The translations under genes and the position numbers were made by a program. From Candidatus Poribacteria bacterium (GTDB taxonomy: Bacteria > Poribacteria > WGA-4E > PCPOR2b): a stretch of 64,000 bases of DNA. The notes below the pieces were generated by a model. The model was not told the origin of the DNA and ran no database searches. It saw only the letters and a list, made by a program, of their open reading frames with translations. Location: contig OZ220744.1 in NCBI GenBank assembly GCA_965116925.1, positions 4,000,001 through 4,064,000 on the forward strand. Reading direction: 5' to 3'. This document shows, piece after piece, positions 48,425 to 58,322 of the stretch; position 1 is the stretch's first letter; each line of letters begins with the position of its first letter.

Positions 48425-49207
48425 TTAGTTTATAGGCTCCACGTCAGCATAGATGTACGTGGGGGAAGGATTTCTCGCATGAATAGTGTCGTCGCTGTCG
48501 TCATCATCGGCGGAAACGATGTCTCTTTGGACGATACGACCGGGCTGCGCTTCTATGGACGATGTAAACATTGGTCCATCAGTGACACATGTGTGGAACT
48601 CACCGTTTTCGCCTAGCGGATCTACCTCTGCGGGGAGGTCGGCGAGAAATTGGCGATCGAACCATCTACCTGCGAATTCCGCTGGCAACTTGGTGGGATT
48701 GAGTGCGGTTACTATAGCACGCACTCCGGATACGATCATTTCTTGAGCGAGTGTGGGCGTGTCTTGTCCCCATATCGGAAAGAGCGGCGTAAAGCCAGTC
48801 CCCCTGAGTTTATCTTCGCGGTAACGGCGGATGTCCTCTAGGAATAGGTCTCCGAATGCGAAATGTGATACCGTCAGATGTTCGGGCAACGCACGCACAC
48901 GCTCTAAAAACTGTAGCATGGCGGCTTCGTATCGTGCGTTGGAACAGGGGTACGGTATCGGTATCTCATACAGCGGCACACCGAGCCTTTCGGATTGCAG
49001 TTTCAGGATCCAAGAGGGTGTGGAGTGGATGGAGACACGGTCAAAGGTTTGGGTCACGGTTGTGAAGATACCGCGTACATCGTAGTGTTCAGCCTGTTGG
49101 CGCAAGGTGTGAAATGTCCAAGCGGAGTCTTTGCCTGAAGACCAAGAGACTAGAACGGGAGTCGGAGCGGTAGGGTCAGCCGTAGCGTGTGTTGTTTGTT
49201 CTGTCAT
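48425..49207 (-). CDS. Dph6/DUF71-like PP-loop ATP-binding protein
   Basis: SWSSGKDS, FGDLFLEDIRRYRE, FPIW, DPLGENGEFHT. Confidence 0.88.
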   Translation of the reverse strand: MTEQTTHATADPTAPTPVLVSWSSGKDSAWTFHTLRQQAEHYDVRGIFTTVTQTFDRVSIHSTPSWILKLQSERLGVPLYEIPIPYPCSNARYEAAMLQFLERVRALPEHLTVSHFAFGDLFLEDIRRYREDKLRGTGFTPLFPIWGQDTPTLAQEMIVSGVRAIVTALNPTKLPAEFAGRWFDRQFLADLPAEVDPLGENGEFHTCVTDGPMFTSSIEAQPGRIVQRDIVSADDDDSDDTIHARNPSPTYIYADVEPIN

Positions 49208-49306
49208 GATGGGCAAATTGTAACGCAGATACTAACAGGTTCGCAAGGTTAAATTTTCGATTGTAGGGAACAACGATCGTTGTTCGTTGTCAAGGGTTCT
49301 CTATCT

Positions 49307-49954
49307 ATGAAACCAATAGCCTCTGATCGCGGCATTATCGTCGGTGTTACGGGGGGCATCGCCTGTGGCAAATCGACCGTATCCGAACTGCTCTCAAAAA
49401 AGGGCGCGATTCCGATTAACTCGGATGAGATTGGACATCAGCTGCTCAAACGTGGAAGTCCTGTCATGGAAGCCTTGATTGAGGCATTTGGGATTGACAT
49501 TCTTGACGAATACAGTGATGTCAGCCGTCCAAAGCTTGGCGCAATTGTCTTTAATGACAAAGCTGCTCGTGAGCGTTTGAACGCAATTATGCATCCGCCG
49601 ATTGTCCAGCAATCTCGTTCCGAAGCGAATCGGCTTGTTACCGAGGATGCAGATTGCATCGTCCTGATTGATGCGCCGTTGCTTATTGAGGCGAACTCAC
49701 AAGATACAGTAGATGTCATAGTCGTGGTCACGGCTTCCACGCAAACTCAACTTCAGCGTTTGTTGGAGCGCGCCATCGCGCAAAATCGCCCCCCAAGTCA
49801 CGCAGAAGCGCAGGCGCGGATTGATTCGCAGATGCCGTTATCCGAAAAGGTAAAGTACGCAGACTTCGTGATAGAAAATGATGGAACACTTGAGGAGTTA
49901 GAACGAAAGGTGGATGGGCTGTGGCATGAAATTCTCTGCCTGAAAACAAACTGA
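49307..49954 (+). CDS. coaE: Dephospho-CoA kinase
   Basis: GVTGGIACGKSTV, LNAIMHP, DAPLLIE, RIDSQMP, ADFVIENDG. Confidence 0.95.
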   Translation: MKPIASDRGIIVGVTGGIACGKSTVSELLSKKGAIPINSDEIGHQLLKRGSPVMEALIEAFGIDILDEYSDVSRPKLGAIVFNDKAARERLNAIMHPPIVQQSRSEANRLVTEDADCIVLIDAPLLIEANSQDTVDVIVVVTASTQTQLQRLLERAIAQNRPPSHAEAQARIDSQMPLSEKVKYADFVIENDGTLEELERKVDGLWHEILCLKTN

Positions 49955-49994
49955 TCCGAATCATCCTACATCTGTGTAACATAAGGAGACTATA

Positions 49995-51356
49995 ATGTTC
50001 AGTACATTATTAGCGAAACGTGCATCAGAGAATAACCCCATCCGCGTGGGTATTATTGGTACTGGCAAATTCGGTGCGGGGTTAGTGGCGCAACTTTCCC
50101 AGATGGAGGGGGTTGAGACTAGTGCCATCGCCGATATCAACTTGGATCACGCAAGACACGCCTACACAGCGAGTTGCGTGCCGGCGGACGCTATAAAAAT
50201 TGCACACAATGTCGAACAATTGAACGGAGCCATCCACAGCGGCAAACGGGCGATAACCGAAGATGGGCTGCTCTTACCCCAATCCGATCTGATAGATGTG
50301 GTGGTGGAAGCCACCGGGGTTCCAGAGGTCGGTGCCCGTATGGCATATCATACGTTGACCCATAACAAACATCTAGTGATGGTCAACGTGGAAGCCGATG
50401 TGACCATAGGACCCTATCTAAGCCATCTAGCGGATACCGCTAGCGTTGTCTATACCTTGGTAGACGGCGATCAGCCCGGTGTGACCATGAACATCGTGGA
50501 CTGGGCAAAGGCACTCGGATTTGAGATTGTTGCCGCCGGTCGTGGCACAGTCTTCTACGGCGATGACAGAGAAGGAACGCCGGATACGGTGCCAGAGCGT
50601 TTCGGCTTCAGCCAAGAGATGATCGAGCGGCGGACAATCAACTTAAAAATGTTTAATTCGTTCCGAGATGGCACCAAAGCACAGGTTGAGATGACCGCGC
50701 TGGCGAATATGACCGGACTGCCGCCGGACGTGCGGGGTATGCACGAACCCTCACTCAATCTCTCTCAGATTCCGCAGACTTTCAGCCTGAAAGAAGAGGG
50801 AGGGCTGCTGAGTCGGCATGGGGTGGTTGAATTAGCCAATAGTATAGCGGATGATGGGGTTACTCCGTTGGATTCACCGCTTCGGATGGGGGTTTTTGTG
50901 GTCATCCGAACTGACCATCCCTTTATTCAGGAAGATTTGACCGGTTACCATCTCTATCCGGGTGGTAACGGCAAGAACTTTCTCCTCTACCGTCCCTATC
51001 ACCTCGTAGCGGTGGCAGCACCTATCTCTATTATCAAGGCAGCACTCTACGGGCAGCCCACCGGCGCACCCTTGACCACGCCAACCGCAGAGGTGATTAC
51101 TGTCGCAAAACGAGATCTGAAGCAGGGGGAGATCCTCGATGGTGGCGGTGGGTATACAGTCAACGGGTTGATTGAAAAAGCGGAGGTTGCCCGTTCGGAA
51201 AATCTGCTGCCGCTAGGCTTGGCACCCGGAGCTAAATTGAAGCGGGATTTGACGAAAGGCGCAGCGATTACCTACGACATGGTAACGCTCGACGAGGATT
51301 CCTTTATACTCAAGCTCCGCCGGCTACAAGATGCGACTCTCAATAGTGAAACGTGA
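49995..51356 (+). CDS. NAD(P)-dependent oxidoreductase, homoserine dehydrogenase-like, with a C-terminal SAF domain
   Basis: IGTGKFG, VEATG, VNVEAD, GDQPG, DGTK..EM, YRPYHL, AKRDLKQGEILDGGGG. Confidence 0.85.
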   Translation: MFSTLLAKRASENNPIRVGIIGTGKFGAGLVAQLSQMEGVETSAIADINLDHARHAYTASCVPADAIKIAHNVEQLNGAIHSGKRAITEDGLLLPQSDLIDVVVEATGVPEVGARMAYHTLTHNKHLVMVNVEADVTIGPYLSHLADTASVVYTLVDGDQPGVTMNIVDWAKALGFEIVAAGRGTVFYGDDREGTPDTVPERFGFSQEMIERRTINLKMFNSFRDGTKAQVEMTALANMTGLPPDVRGMHEPSLNLSQIPQTFSLKEEGGLLSRHGVVELANSIADDGVTPLDSPLRMGVFVVIRTDHPFIQEDLTGYHLYPGGNGKNFLLYRPYHLVAVAAPISIIKAALYGQPTGAPLTTPTAEVITVAKRDLKQGEILDGGGGYTVNGLIEKAEVARSENLLPLGLAPGAKLKRDLTKGAAITYDMVTLDEDSFILKLRRLQDATLNSET

Positions 51357-51409
51357 AACGTAAAACGTGAAGGACCTTGTCCATCAGAAGAATTAAATGA
51401 TCCTAAAAT

Positions 51410-51438
51410 TTGACATTATAGTGCTTGTGCAATATAAT
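51410..51438 (+). promoter_or_regulatory. Consensus sigma70 promoter of the iscU-like/erpA-like pair
   Basis: TTGACA-17 bp-TATAAT. Confidence 0.75.
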
Positions 51439-51481
51439 ATAGATTAGTATTTTCGACTCAACATGAAGTTTGGAGCCGGAT

Positions 51482-51868
51482 ATGCACACCCCACAAGTTA
51501 TGGAGCATTACGAAAATCCGCGGAACGTTGGTACAATCAGAGACGCGGACGGAGTGGGGGTTGTAGGCACACCTGCCAGCGGCGAAATGATGAAACTCAC
51601 GATTAAGGTTTCTCAAGAGCGGGTTGTCGAAGCGAAGTTTAAGGCGTTTGGGTGTCCAACTGCAATTGCAGCCAGTTCCCTTATCACGGAACTAATCAAG
51701 GAACGCACAATTCAAGAAGCATTGAACATAACGGATCGGGAAGTTGATGAAGGACTTGGAGGATTACCGCCGGATAAAGCGCGCTATGCTGCACTTGCTG
51801 AGAAGGTTCTAAAAGCTGCTATCCATAATTACAATTCGCATCTGAATGAAAAAGGGGAATTAAAATGA
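51482..51868 (+). CDS. IscU/NifU-N-like scaffold homolog retaining only one of three cysteines
   Basis: EHYENPRNVG, GTPASGE, FKAFGC.AIA.SS, LGGLPPDK. Confidence 0.85.
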   Translation: MHTPQVMEHYENPRNVGTIRDADGVGVVGTPASGEMMKLTIKVSQERVVEAKFKAFGCPTAIAASSLITELIKERTIQEALNITDREVDEGLGGLPPDKARYAALAEKVLKAAIHNYNSHLNEKGELK

Positions 51869-52206
51869 TTACAGTCACTGAAGCTGCGGCAAAAAAAGCA
51901 CAACTGTTAATGCAGGGCACAATGGGGGAAGAGAGTGTAGATGCTGACGCGGAGCACGGTCTGCGGATGCAGGTTGTTGGTGGAGGGTGCTCCGGTTTTC
52001 AGTACAATCTTGGGTTTGATGAACTACGGAGTGGTGATAAGGTCTTTGAACAGCATGGGTTGAAGGTCTTCATCGATTCACGTAGCACACTCTATCTCGC
52101 CGGTTCAACCTTGGACTACAAAGACGGCCTGATGGAGTCAGGCTTCAAAATTACCAACCCCAATGCGAGGTCTGAATGCGGTTGCGGGGAGTCGTTCAGC
52201 GTATAA
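51865..52206 (+). CDS. A-type Fe-S carrier (HesB/IscA/ErpA family)
   Basis: ITVTEAA, GGGCSGFQY, NPNA..CGCGESF. Confidence 0.93.
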   Translation: MITVTEAAAKKAQLLMQGTMGEESVDADAEHGLRMQVVGGGCSGFQYNLGFDELRSGDKVFEQHGLKVFIDSRSTLYLAGSTLDYKDGLMESGFKITNPNARSECGCGESFSV

Positions 52207-52230
52207 ACAGGATTCGTGTTTCGTGGGTAT

Positions 52231-52267
52231 AGGCAGGAGATTCAGATTGAGTTTTCTGCCTTTTTTG
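52231..52267 (+). terminator. Intrinsic terminator
   Basis: AGGCAGGAGATTC..GAGTTTTCTGCCT followed by a T run. Confidence 0.65.
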
Positions 52268-52277
52268 TGCTCATTTT

Positions 52278-52643
52278 TTATACAATCCGTTTAACCTCCT
52301 GAACAGTTATATAGATTTCGATCTGCTCAAAACGTTGCTCTAAGGTTTTTTTGAATCTGCTCAAAAATTCAAAATTGGTGTCTGTTTGTGGGGCTTCAAC
52401 AATGAGAGACTTTACTGCGTCTCTATAAAGCGTTTCCTCATCAACCCAATATCCATTGAAAGCTGGAATACCCTCACCTGATGTGATGCGGCATCCCCTA
52501 AATTCATTAACAATTTCTTGTACAGTTTGATCAATCTTTTCGGGTTCTATTAGGATCCCATCATTGTAAAATAGAGGTAGGAGAATCTCAATCTGATGCT
52601 TTGGCGTATAATGCTTTCGCCGTTTTCTTCGAGTGAAAGCCAT
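52278..52643 (-). CDS. Small hypothetical protein (possible PII/ferredoxin-like fold)
   Basis: ILLPLFYNDG...GYW...Y.D...K..LEQRFEQIEIYI; AAGGAAAGG RBS; AT-rich. Confidence 0.6.
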   Translation of the reverse strand: MAFTRRKRRKHYTPKHQIEILLPLFYNDGILIEPEKIDQTVQEIVNEFRGCRITSGEGIPAFNGYWVDEETLYRDAVKSLIVEAPQTDTNFEFLSRFKKTLEQRFEQIEIYITVQEVKRIV

Positions 52644-52812
52644 GTTCCTTTCCTTTGACCAAACTGTAGGGAATTTTTACCCCATCCAAGCAATTAAGCG
52701 AACTTTTAGGAACGATAAACACGTTATCAGGTAGACAATACACTTCGCCTTGTAAAATCAGAGCATGTAGCCCCTCGGCTCGATATTTTTCCTCAAACTT
52801 GATTACAGGCAT
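52588..52812 (-). CDS. Small hypothetical protein overlapping the downstream gene
   Basis: 74 aa; AAGGGAGAG RBS; AT-rich like its partner. Confidence 0.5.
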   Translation of the reverse strand: MPVIKFEEKYRAEGLHALILQGEVYCLPDNVFIVPKSSLNCLDGVKIPYSLVKGKEHGFHSKKTAKALYAKASD

Positions 52813-52843
52813 TTAACTCTCTCCCTTCTTTGTTTAGGTTTTT

Positions 52844-55216
52844 TTAATGCTTCAATTTCATAAGCGCATCAAGCTGCTGCCGGGCGTAGGCGACAATCAC
52901 ACTCTCAGGATAATCTTGAATGAGTGCAGAGTATGTTTCTTGTGCTTTGTCAGGCGCATCAAGTTTCCAACGGTAGATGTCCGCGATTTTCGCTGTTGCC
53001 TCCGCTGCGATTGGACTCCCCTCCAAAACGGTGACCTGCTGATATGCTGCGATAGCATCGGTGTATCGCGCTTCACGCTCATGAATTCCACCGATGAGCA
53101 TCCAGAGATCATCGATTATGAGTGCAGTTGGATATTCCTTCATCGTTTCGTGGCATAGTTGTAATGCTGCATCAGTGTCTCCACTCAAATCGCTTTGCAT
53201 CGCTTCGAGGTAACGTTTGAGGGGTTCGTTGCTATAGTCTGAGTTGGACTGGATCAGGACAATTCTGTCTAGTGAATCGTTGCTCAACGGATTGGACATC
53301 GCAATATCAAGCACACGCTTGTATGCTGCAACCGCCGATTCGATAGCCCCCCGGAGCAGGTGTGCGTCACCGATTAGTTTTTGGGCATCCAGCTTGAAAT
53401 TGCTATTCCCATCAGCAATCGGACGAAGCGCGATCTCTGCTGTTTTGGACTTCCCTTGCAAAATGTAACACGTTGCTATACCGAGTTGAATCTGTATTTT
53501 CTGGTCGGTCGTCAGTGGTTGATTGGCTAACGCTTGGTAAACTTGCAGTGCAGCCTCCGGATCTCGTATTCCGTGTAACCAAACGTGTCCCAAGAGCAGT
53601 TGTGCAGCTGGCTGGTTGTTCCGCCGCGTCATACTTGTTAAAACTGTCAAAGCATCATCCCACCGTCCCCACCGCTCATAGAATCGCACCAACTTCATCT
53701 GTGCCACCCAAGCCAGATGCGTATTCGGAAAGAGTTCAGCAATTGTCTGATAAAAATCTGCCGCTTTAGGGTTTTTGTTCCGCTCCAGAATTTGTGCATA
53801 CTTTTCAAGGAGGCGCCCACGGTCAGCGGTGTAAAATTGATGCAGCCGCTTAAAATTTCTGAGTGCCAAATCTAAATCTCCACGATAGAAGTAGGCCTCT
53901 GCCAAAGACAGAACGAGACTCGGATTTTGTGACGCCGTTCCCAGCATCACTTGGAGTCGATCAATTATCTCCCCAAATAGACGTTCCTGTTGAGCACCTT
54001 CGTAGATCTCCGTCATGCTTTGGATAAGTGTATCGCGCCCACTGTAGCCAATATCCACAACACTTAACGCACGTAGATAGGTATTGACCGCCATATCAAC
54101 CTGCCCTTGAATTTTGTAGACATCCGCGAGCCGGTTGTAGAGTTGAGCACTTTTGGGACTGAGGTTGAGAGCTGTTTCATAGGCTTCGACAGCCTTTTGA
54201 TACATCTGGTGAGATGTGTATATTGACCCTAGCTGCTGGTATCGATAGGCTTGATCCGGATCATCTTGGACAATTTTAGCCCACTGCTCTGCTGCAAGAT
54301 CTTGCTGCCCTCGCTCCGCGTATAGCTCTCCAAGTTTCTTGAGAATATCGGTATTTTTCGGATTTTGCTTAAGAGCAGTACGGTATAGGGATAACGCCTC
54401 GTCGTATTTCTCTTGCGCTTTATAGAGATCCGCCAACTGATCCATCAGATTGATATCGTCCGGCTTGTGGCTCAGTTCAACCTGTATTAATTCCTCTGCG
54501 TCAGTGTACCTGTGACGAATTCGATACAGTCGAATAAGGCTATTGAGCGCACTGTTACGGTACGGAGAGGTCGGGAAATCATTTAGGAAACTTCGGTAAC
54601 TTTCAATAGCCTCGTCATATCCGCCGTCTGCAAAAGTATATTGGGCAATCAAATAACGCGCGATCGCTGCGGTTTGCGTTTTCGGATATTTGTTGGCGAG
54701 TTGTCGACATCGGGTAATCGCCTCTTTGTACTGATACCGATCGCGAAAAAGTGCCCCAATTCGATGCACCGCTTGGCTTGCATATGAACCGTCTGGATCA
54801 TCATCGATCACCGCGTGGAAACTTTGAAGTGCCATGGCATCATCGCCAAGTTTCTCGTAGGAACGCCCTAAATTCATACGGATTGCATCCTTTGAGGGTT
54901 GGTGTAGGGGTGTCTTTAGTAGCACTTTATACGCTTCAATCGCCTCTGAATATTTCTGGGAATAGTAGAAATCGTGGGCGTTCTGAATCGCGATTCGGTC
55001 CTCTTTAATGGGTGGAGCTTGAGCCAAAGTTGTCAGAGGCATGAAGAGCCAAGTGGTTGTCAGAAAAAGTAGGCATAGAAGTATCCTCAACCGTATGCTA
55101 ACTCTTATGGATTGCGGCAGACTTTGTAGGGGTAACTTCAGTTGCTGGCGGTCTAAAAATAAAGTGGCTATCATTATATTTCGCTGATTGCTGCTGTGAT
55201 GCTGCTTTACTGTCAT
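52844..55216 (-). CDS. Exported tetratricopeptide-repeat protein
   Basis: Many TPRs (LGELYAERGQ, YETALNLSP, LIQDYPES); hydrophobic signal before AQA; start placed at MTVK (GAGG upstream), uncertain. Confidence 0.85.
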   Translation of the reverse strand: MTVKQHHSSNQRNIMIATLFLDRQQLKLPLQSLPQSIRVSIRLRILLCLLFLTTTWLFMPLTTLAQAPPIKEDRIAIQNAHDFYYSQKYSEAIEAYKVLLKTPLHQPSKDAIRMNLGRSYEKLGDDAMALQSFHAVIDDDPDGSYASQAVHRIGALFRDRYQYKEAITRCRQLANKYPKTQTAAIARYLIAQYTFADGGYDEAIESYRSFLNDFPTSPYRNSALNSLIRLYRIRHRYTDAEELIQVELSHKPDDINLMDQLADLYKAQEKYDEALSLYRTALKQNPKNTDILKKLGELYAERGQQDLAAEQWAKIVQDDPDQAYRYQQLGSIYTSHQMYQKAVEAYETALNLSPKSAQLYNRLADVYKIQGQVDMAVNTYLRALSVVDIGYSGRDTLIQSMTEIYEGAQQERLFGEIIDRLQVMLGTASQNPSLVLSLAEAYFYRGDLDLALRNFKRLHQFYTADRGRLLEKYAQILERNKNPKAADFYQTIAELFPNTHLAWVAQMKLVRFYERWGRWDDALTVLTSMTRRNNQPAAQLLLGHVWLHGIRDPEAALQVYQALANQPLTTDQKIQIQLGIATCYILQGKSKTAEIALRPIADGNSNFKLDAQKLIGDAHLLRGAIESAVAAYKRVLDIAMSNPLSNDSLDRIVLIQSNSDYSNEPLKRYLEAMQSDLSGDTDAALQLCHETMKEYPTALIIDDLWMLIGGIHEREARYTDAIAAYQQVTVLEGSPIAAEATAKIADIYRWKLDAPDKAQETYSALIQDYPESVIVAYARQQLDALMKLKH

Positions 55217-55286
55217 ACTTCTCTGTCCTCTTGACACTATAGACGAATAGAGTAGAACAGGGTTGATTTTTTTAGGTTCAACCTCA

Positions 55287-56135
55287 TTAATCCAACCCAA
55301 GCAGGGAGAGGGAATCACGATGGATGAGATCCTCAATGTCCTGCTCTGGGACCTGTGGCATATTGGTGCCTTCGGCAAATCGGTTGGCAGTGCGGAGTGC
55401 GTCAATAGTTTCCTCAATGGTGGCGATTGGGAAATCGCTGCCGAAGAGCAGCTTGTGTATAACACGGTTCTCATGACAGAATGCCAGTGCCTGATACCCC
55501 CACCACGGTCGCAGGGGGACGCCGCCAGAAACATCGGCAAACACATTTGGATGCTTACGGATCATCACCATTGCATCCGTGTACCAAGGGAGCCCGATGT
55601 GAGCGAGGATAATTTTTAGGTTCGGGAATTCACGAGCCACAGGATCATAGAGCAGCGGATTTGCCCACTCCATCGGTGTATTGGCGATGACATGGTACGC
55701 CGCATGTGTGAGAATGGGGAGTCCCAATTCTTCCGCGCGGCGATGCACCCGTCGCGCTCTATCGCCGTTTGGATCATAGTGTTGGTACACCGGACTCATT
55801 TTGATGCCCTTGAGTCCCAGATCGTTGACGCATCGATCGATTTCGTCCAAGGCATCCGGATTATTTGGGTCAACCGACATGAAACCGATGATTTTTTCTG
55901 GGTGTGTCTTAGCGTACGCGGCGATGGCGTCATTCGGTGTGTGCATACCGAGCGCAATGGAATTAATGCCGAAGACAATTGCACGCGAAACTGGTGCTAC
56001 CGCCTCCCAATGTATTTCGGGTGTCACTTCTAAGTCAATCCCGGTGTAACCGGTGTATCCCCGGTCAAACGCCTCAACAAAGACTTTGCCCCACTGCTCG
56101 CGGGTGGAAAGGTGTGTATGTACGTCAATAATCAT
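55287..56135 (-). CDS. Amidohydrolase family 2 protein
   Basis: IIDVHTH, GLKGIK, ILTH, ILAHIG, LLFGSDFP; GGAGG RBS. Confidence 0.9.
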   Translation of the reverse strand: MIIDVHTHLSTREQWGKVFVEAFDRGYTGYTGIDLEVTPEIHWEAVAPVSRAIVFGINSIALGMHTPNDAIAAYAKTHPEKIIGFMSVDPNNPDALDEIDRCVNDLGLKGIKMSPVYQHYDPNGDRARRVHRRAEELGLPILTHAAYHVIANTPMEWANPLLYDPVAREFPNLKIILAHIGLPWYTDAMVMIRKHPNVFADVSGGVPLRPWWGYQALAFCHENRVIHKLLFGSDFPIATIEETIDALRTANRFAEGTNMPQVPEQDIEDLIHRDSLSLLGLD

Positions 56136-56280
56136 GATAAACCTCCGACTCGGACAACCCCTGCCCCGGATAGATCTATAATCTAACAGTTGTGTTACGA
56201 GAGTTTAGCAAATTGATACCTCACTCGTCAATATAGAAATACCTAAATGGCCTGAGTAGTCGGTAGCTAACACTTTTCCA

Positions 56281-56308
56281 TTGACACGTAGGAAGGAATA
56301 GATATAAT
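56281..56308 (+). promoter_or_regulatory. Sigma70 promoter
   Basis: TTGACA-16 bp-TATAAT. Confidence 0.6.
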
Positions 56309-56385
56309 AGCGTAGGCGGAGTCGAGCGGATCCTGGGGTCTTGGCTCTCGTTGGATTTCGTACTGTTCACGGGATTGAGGAAAGC

Positions 56386-58305
56386 ATGGAGCACCCGACA
56401 AAAAATGATAGCAAAGGCGATGTTACCTTACGAGCGGTACTTATCGGTTTAGCGCTTGTACCAATCAACGTCTATATCGTCGTACAGTGGGAAACAGTCT
56501 GGAATACACAGTACCCAACCACAATGACGATTTTTTACAACGTTGTTTTTACTTTCCTATCCTTGATTCTAGTGAATATGTTGTTAAAGCGGTGGCTGCC
56601 GCGGATTGCATTGAGTCAGCAGGAGCTGCTGACAGTTTACACGATGCTCTTCTTGGCGGTTTGTGTCAGTGGTCACGATTTTAGCCAATCTATATTTTGT
56701 ACGCTGGGCACTGCCCGCTGGTCTGCGACACCGGAGAACGATTGGGCGAACCTCTTTTGGAAGTATCTATCGCAACGCCTGACTGTAAATGACGATCAGG
56801 TGCTTTTCGGGTTTTACAAGGGAGAATCGACATTTTACACCGCGGCTCACATTAAAGGATGGCTTGAACCGATGGTGTGGTGGACGCTTTTTCTTTCGGT
56901 GGTTGCGTTCACCATGTTCTGTCTGAACATTATCATCAGGAGGCAGTGGATTGAGAAGGAGAAATTAACCTATCCACTCGTTCATTTACCTTATGAGATG
57001 AGTCGTGAGGGCAACGGACATCACCCATTTTTTAGAAACAAACTCCTCTGGTTGGGCTTTGGGCTAGCTGCTGGCATCAACCTGATTAATGGGACAACCT
57101 TCCTGTTTCCCGTGCTTCCGCAGATTCCACTCGGATACAATCTCAACGTCTACTTTACAGAACGCCCGTTTAACGCGATGGGCAACTTCCCTGTCCAGTT
57201 TAATCCTTTCGCTATTGGTCTCGCTTTCGCGATCCCGCTCGATCTCCTCTTTTCGTGTTGGTTCTTTTTTCTGCTATGGAAGGCAGAACGAGTCGTAGGC
57301 AGTATGGCAGGGGTTAACATGCCCGGCTATCCATTTGTTGCACAGCAGGTCTTTGGTGGATATCTGGGACTCGCTATTGTCGCCTTCTGGCTGGGACGGA
57401 AGCCGATTTGGCAGGTTATAAAGCGGGCTATCGGGGCAGAGTCAGATGTGGACGATTCCGATGAGCCGATGAAGTATAGAACGGCAGTAATCGGGATCAT
57501 TTTGGGATTCAGTTTTCTGGTGTTCTTTTCATATCAAGCGGGAACGACCCTTCAGTTTGGATTGGCGTTCTTCAGCGTTTACTTCATCATTGCGTTTGCA
57601 CACACGCGGACGCGAGCGGAGCTGGGTCCCCCAATACACGGAATTTTCCACTACGGTCCGCTTCAATTCTTCATAGCGATGGTAGGTAGCCGCAAACTCG
57701 AAAGTCAGACCTTGACAGCAGCAGCCCCATTCTGGACGTTCACGAAACAGTTCAGAAACCATCCAATGCCGTATATGCTTGAAAGCTTCAAACTGGCAGA
57801 CAGGTCCGGCATGGATACCCGCAAACTTGGCAAAGTCATTATGTTTTCCGTCGTTGTGGGTATCATCATAACCTTCTGGACATTTCTGCAATTCAGTTAC
57901 AAATGGGGTGGCATCAGTGAAGGGCGCGGTATTGGTGCCTATACGGTAATTGAGCGGTGGCTTGTACGCCCAATAGAACCGGATACACAGTCGCTGAGTG
58001 CTGTTGGCATTGGTGCGTTGGTTGTGTTCGTCAACACAGTCCTGCGGTTGCGGTTCTTATGGTGGCCCCTGCATCCGCTAGCTTATCCGATAACGGGGTA
58101 CTTGCCTTTTGAACATTTGTGGTTCCCGTTTCTTATCAGTTGGGTGGTAAAGGGAGCGATTCTCAGGCATGGGGGCATACAGACCTATCGTCGGACGTTC
58201 CCATTTTTCTTAGGTTTGGTCTTGGGAGCGTTCACGATAGGCAGCATCTGGGGAATTGTTGGATTGGTGACTGGTATACCTACTTACGCATTTAAGCGAT
58301 GGTGA
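56386..58305 (+). CDS. DUF6785/DUF6784-like polytopic membrane protein (putative transporter)
   Basis: TLRAVLIG, LSQQELLTVY, RRQWIEKEKLTYPL, PLDLLFSCWFFF, RAELG, WWPLHPLAY, PFFLGLVLG. Confidence 0.75.
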   Translation: MEHPTKNDSKGDVTLRAVLIGLALVPINVYIVVQWETVWNTQYPTTMTIFYNVVFTFLSLILVNMLLKRWLPRIALSQQELLTVYTMLFLAVCVSGHDFSQSIFCTLGTARWSATPENDWANLFWKYLSQRLTVNDDQVLFGFYKGESTFYTAAHIKGWLEPMVWWTLFLSVVAFTMFCLNIIIRRQWIEKEKLTYPLVHLPYEMSREGNGHHPFFRNKLLWLGFGLAAGINLINGTTFLFPVLPQIPLGYNLNVYFTERPFNAMGNFPVQFNPFAIGLAFAIPLDLLFSCWFFFLLWKAERVVGSMAGVNMPGYPFVAQQVFGGYLGLAIVAFWLGRKPIWQVIKRAIGAESDVDDSDEPMKYRTAVIGIILGFSFLVFFSYQAGTTLQFGLAFFSVYFIIAFAHTRTRAELGPPIHGIFHYGPLQFFIAMVGSRKLESQTLTAAAPFWTFTKQFRNHPMPYMLESFKLADRSGMDTRKLGKVIMFSVVVGIIITFWTFLQFSYKWGGISEGRGIGAYTVIERWLVRPIEPDTQSLSAVGIGALVVFVNTVLRLRFLWWPLHPLAYPITGYLPFEHLWFPFLISWVVKGAILRHGGIQTYRRTFPFFLGLVLGAFTIGSIWGIVGLVTGIPTYAFKRW

Positions 58306-58322
58306 AAATGAGGAGCTATCAG

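Noticed and set aside
51346..51371. Short AAACGTG tandem repeats (also near 23793-23823)
   Set aside because: Only three or four degenerate units; no function can be supported.
55217..55546. N-terminal extension of the 900-aa TPR ORF
   Set aside because: Overlaps the amidohydrolase gene in another frame; a start at or after 55216 fits the RBS and signal peptide better.
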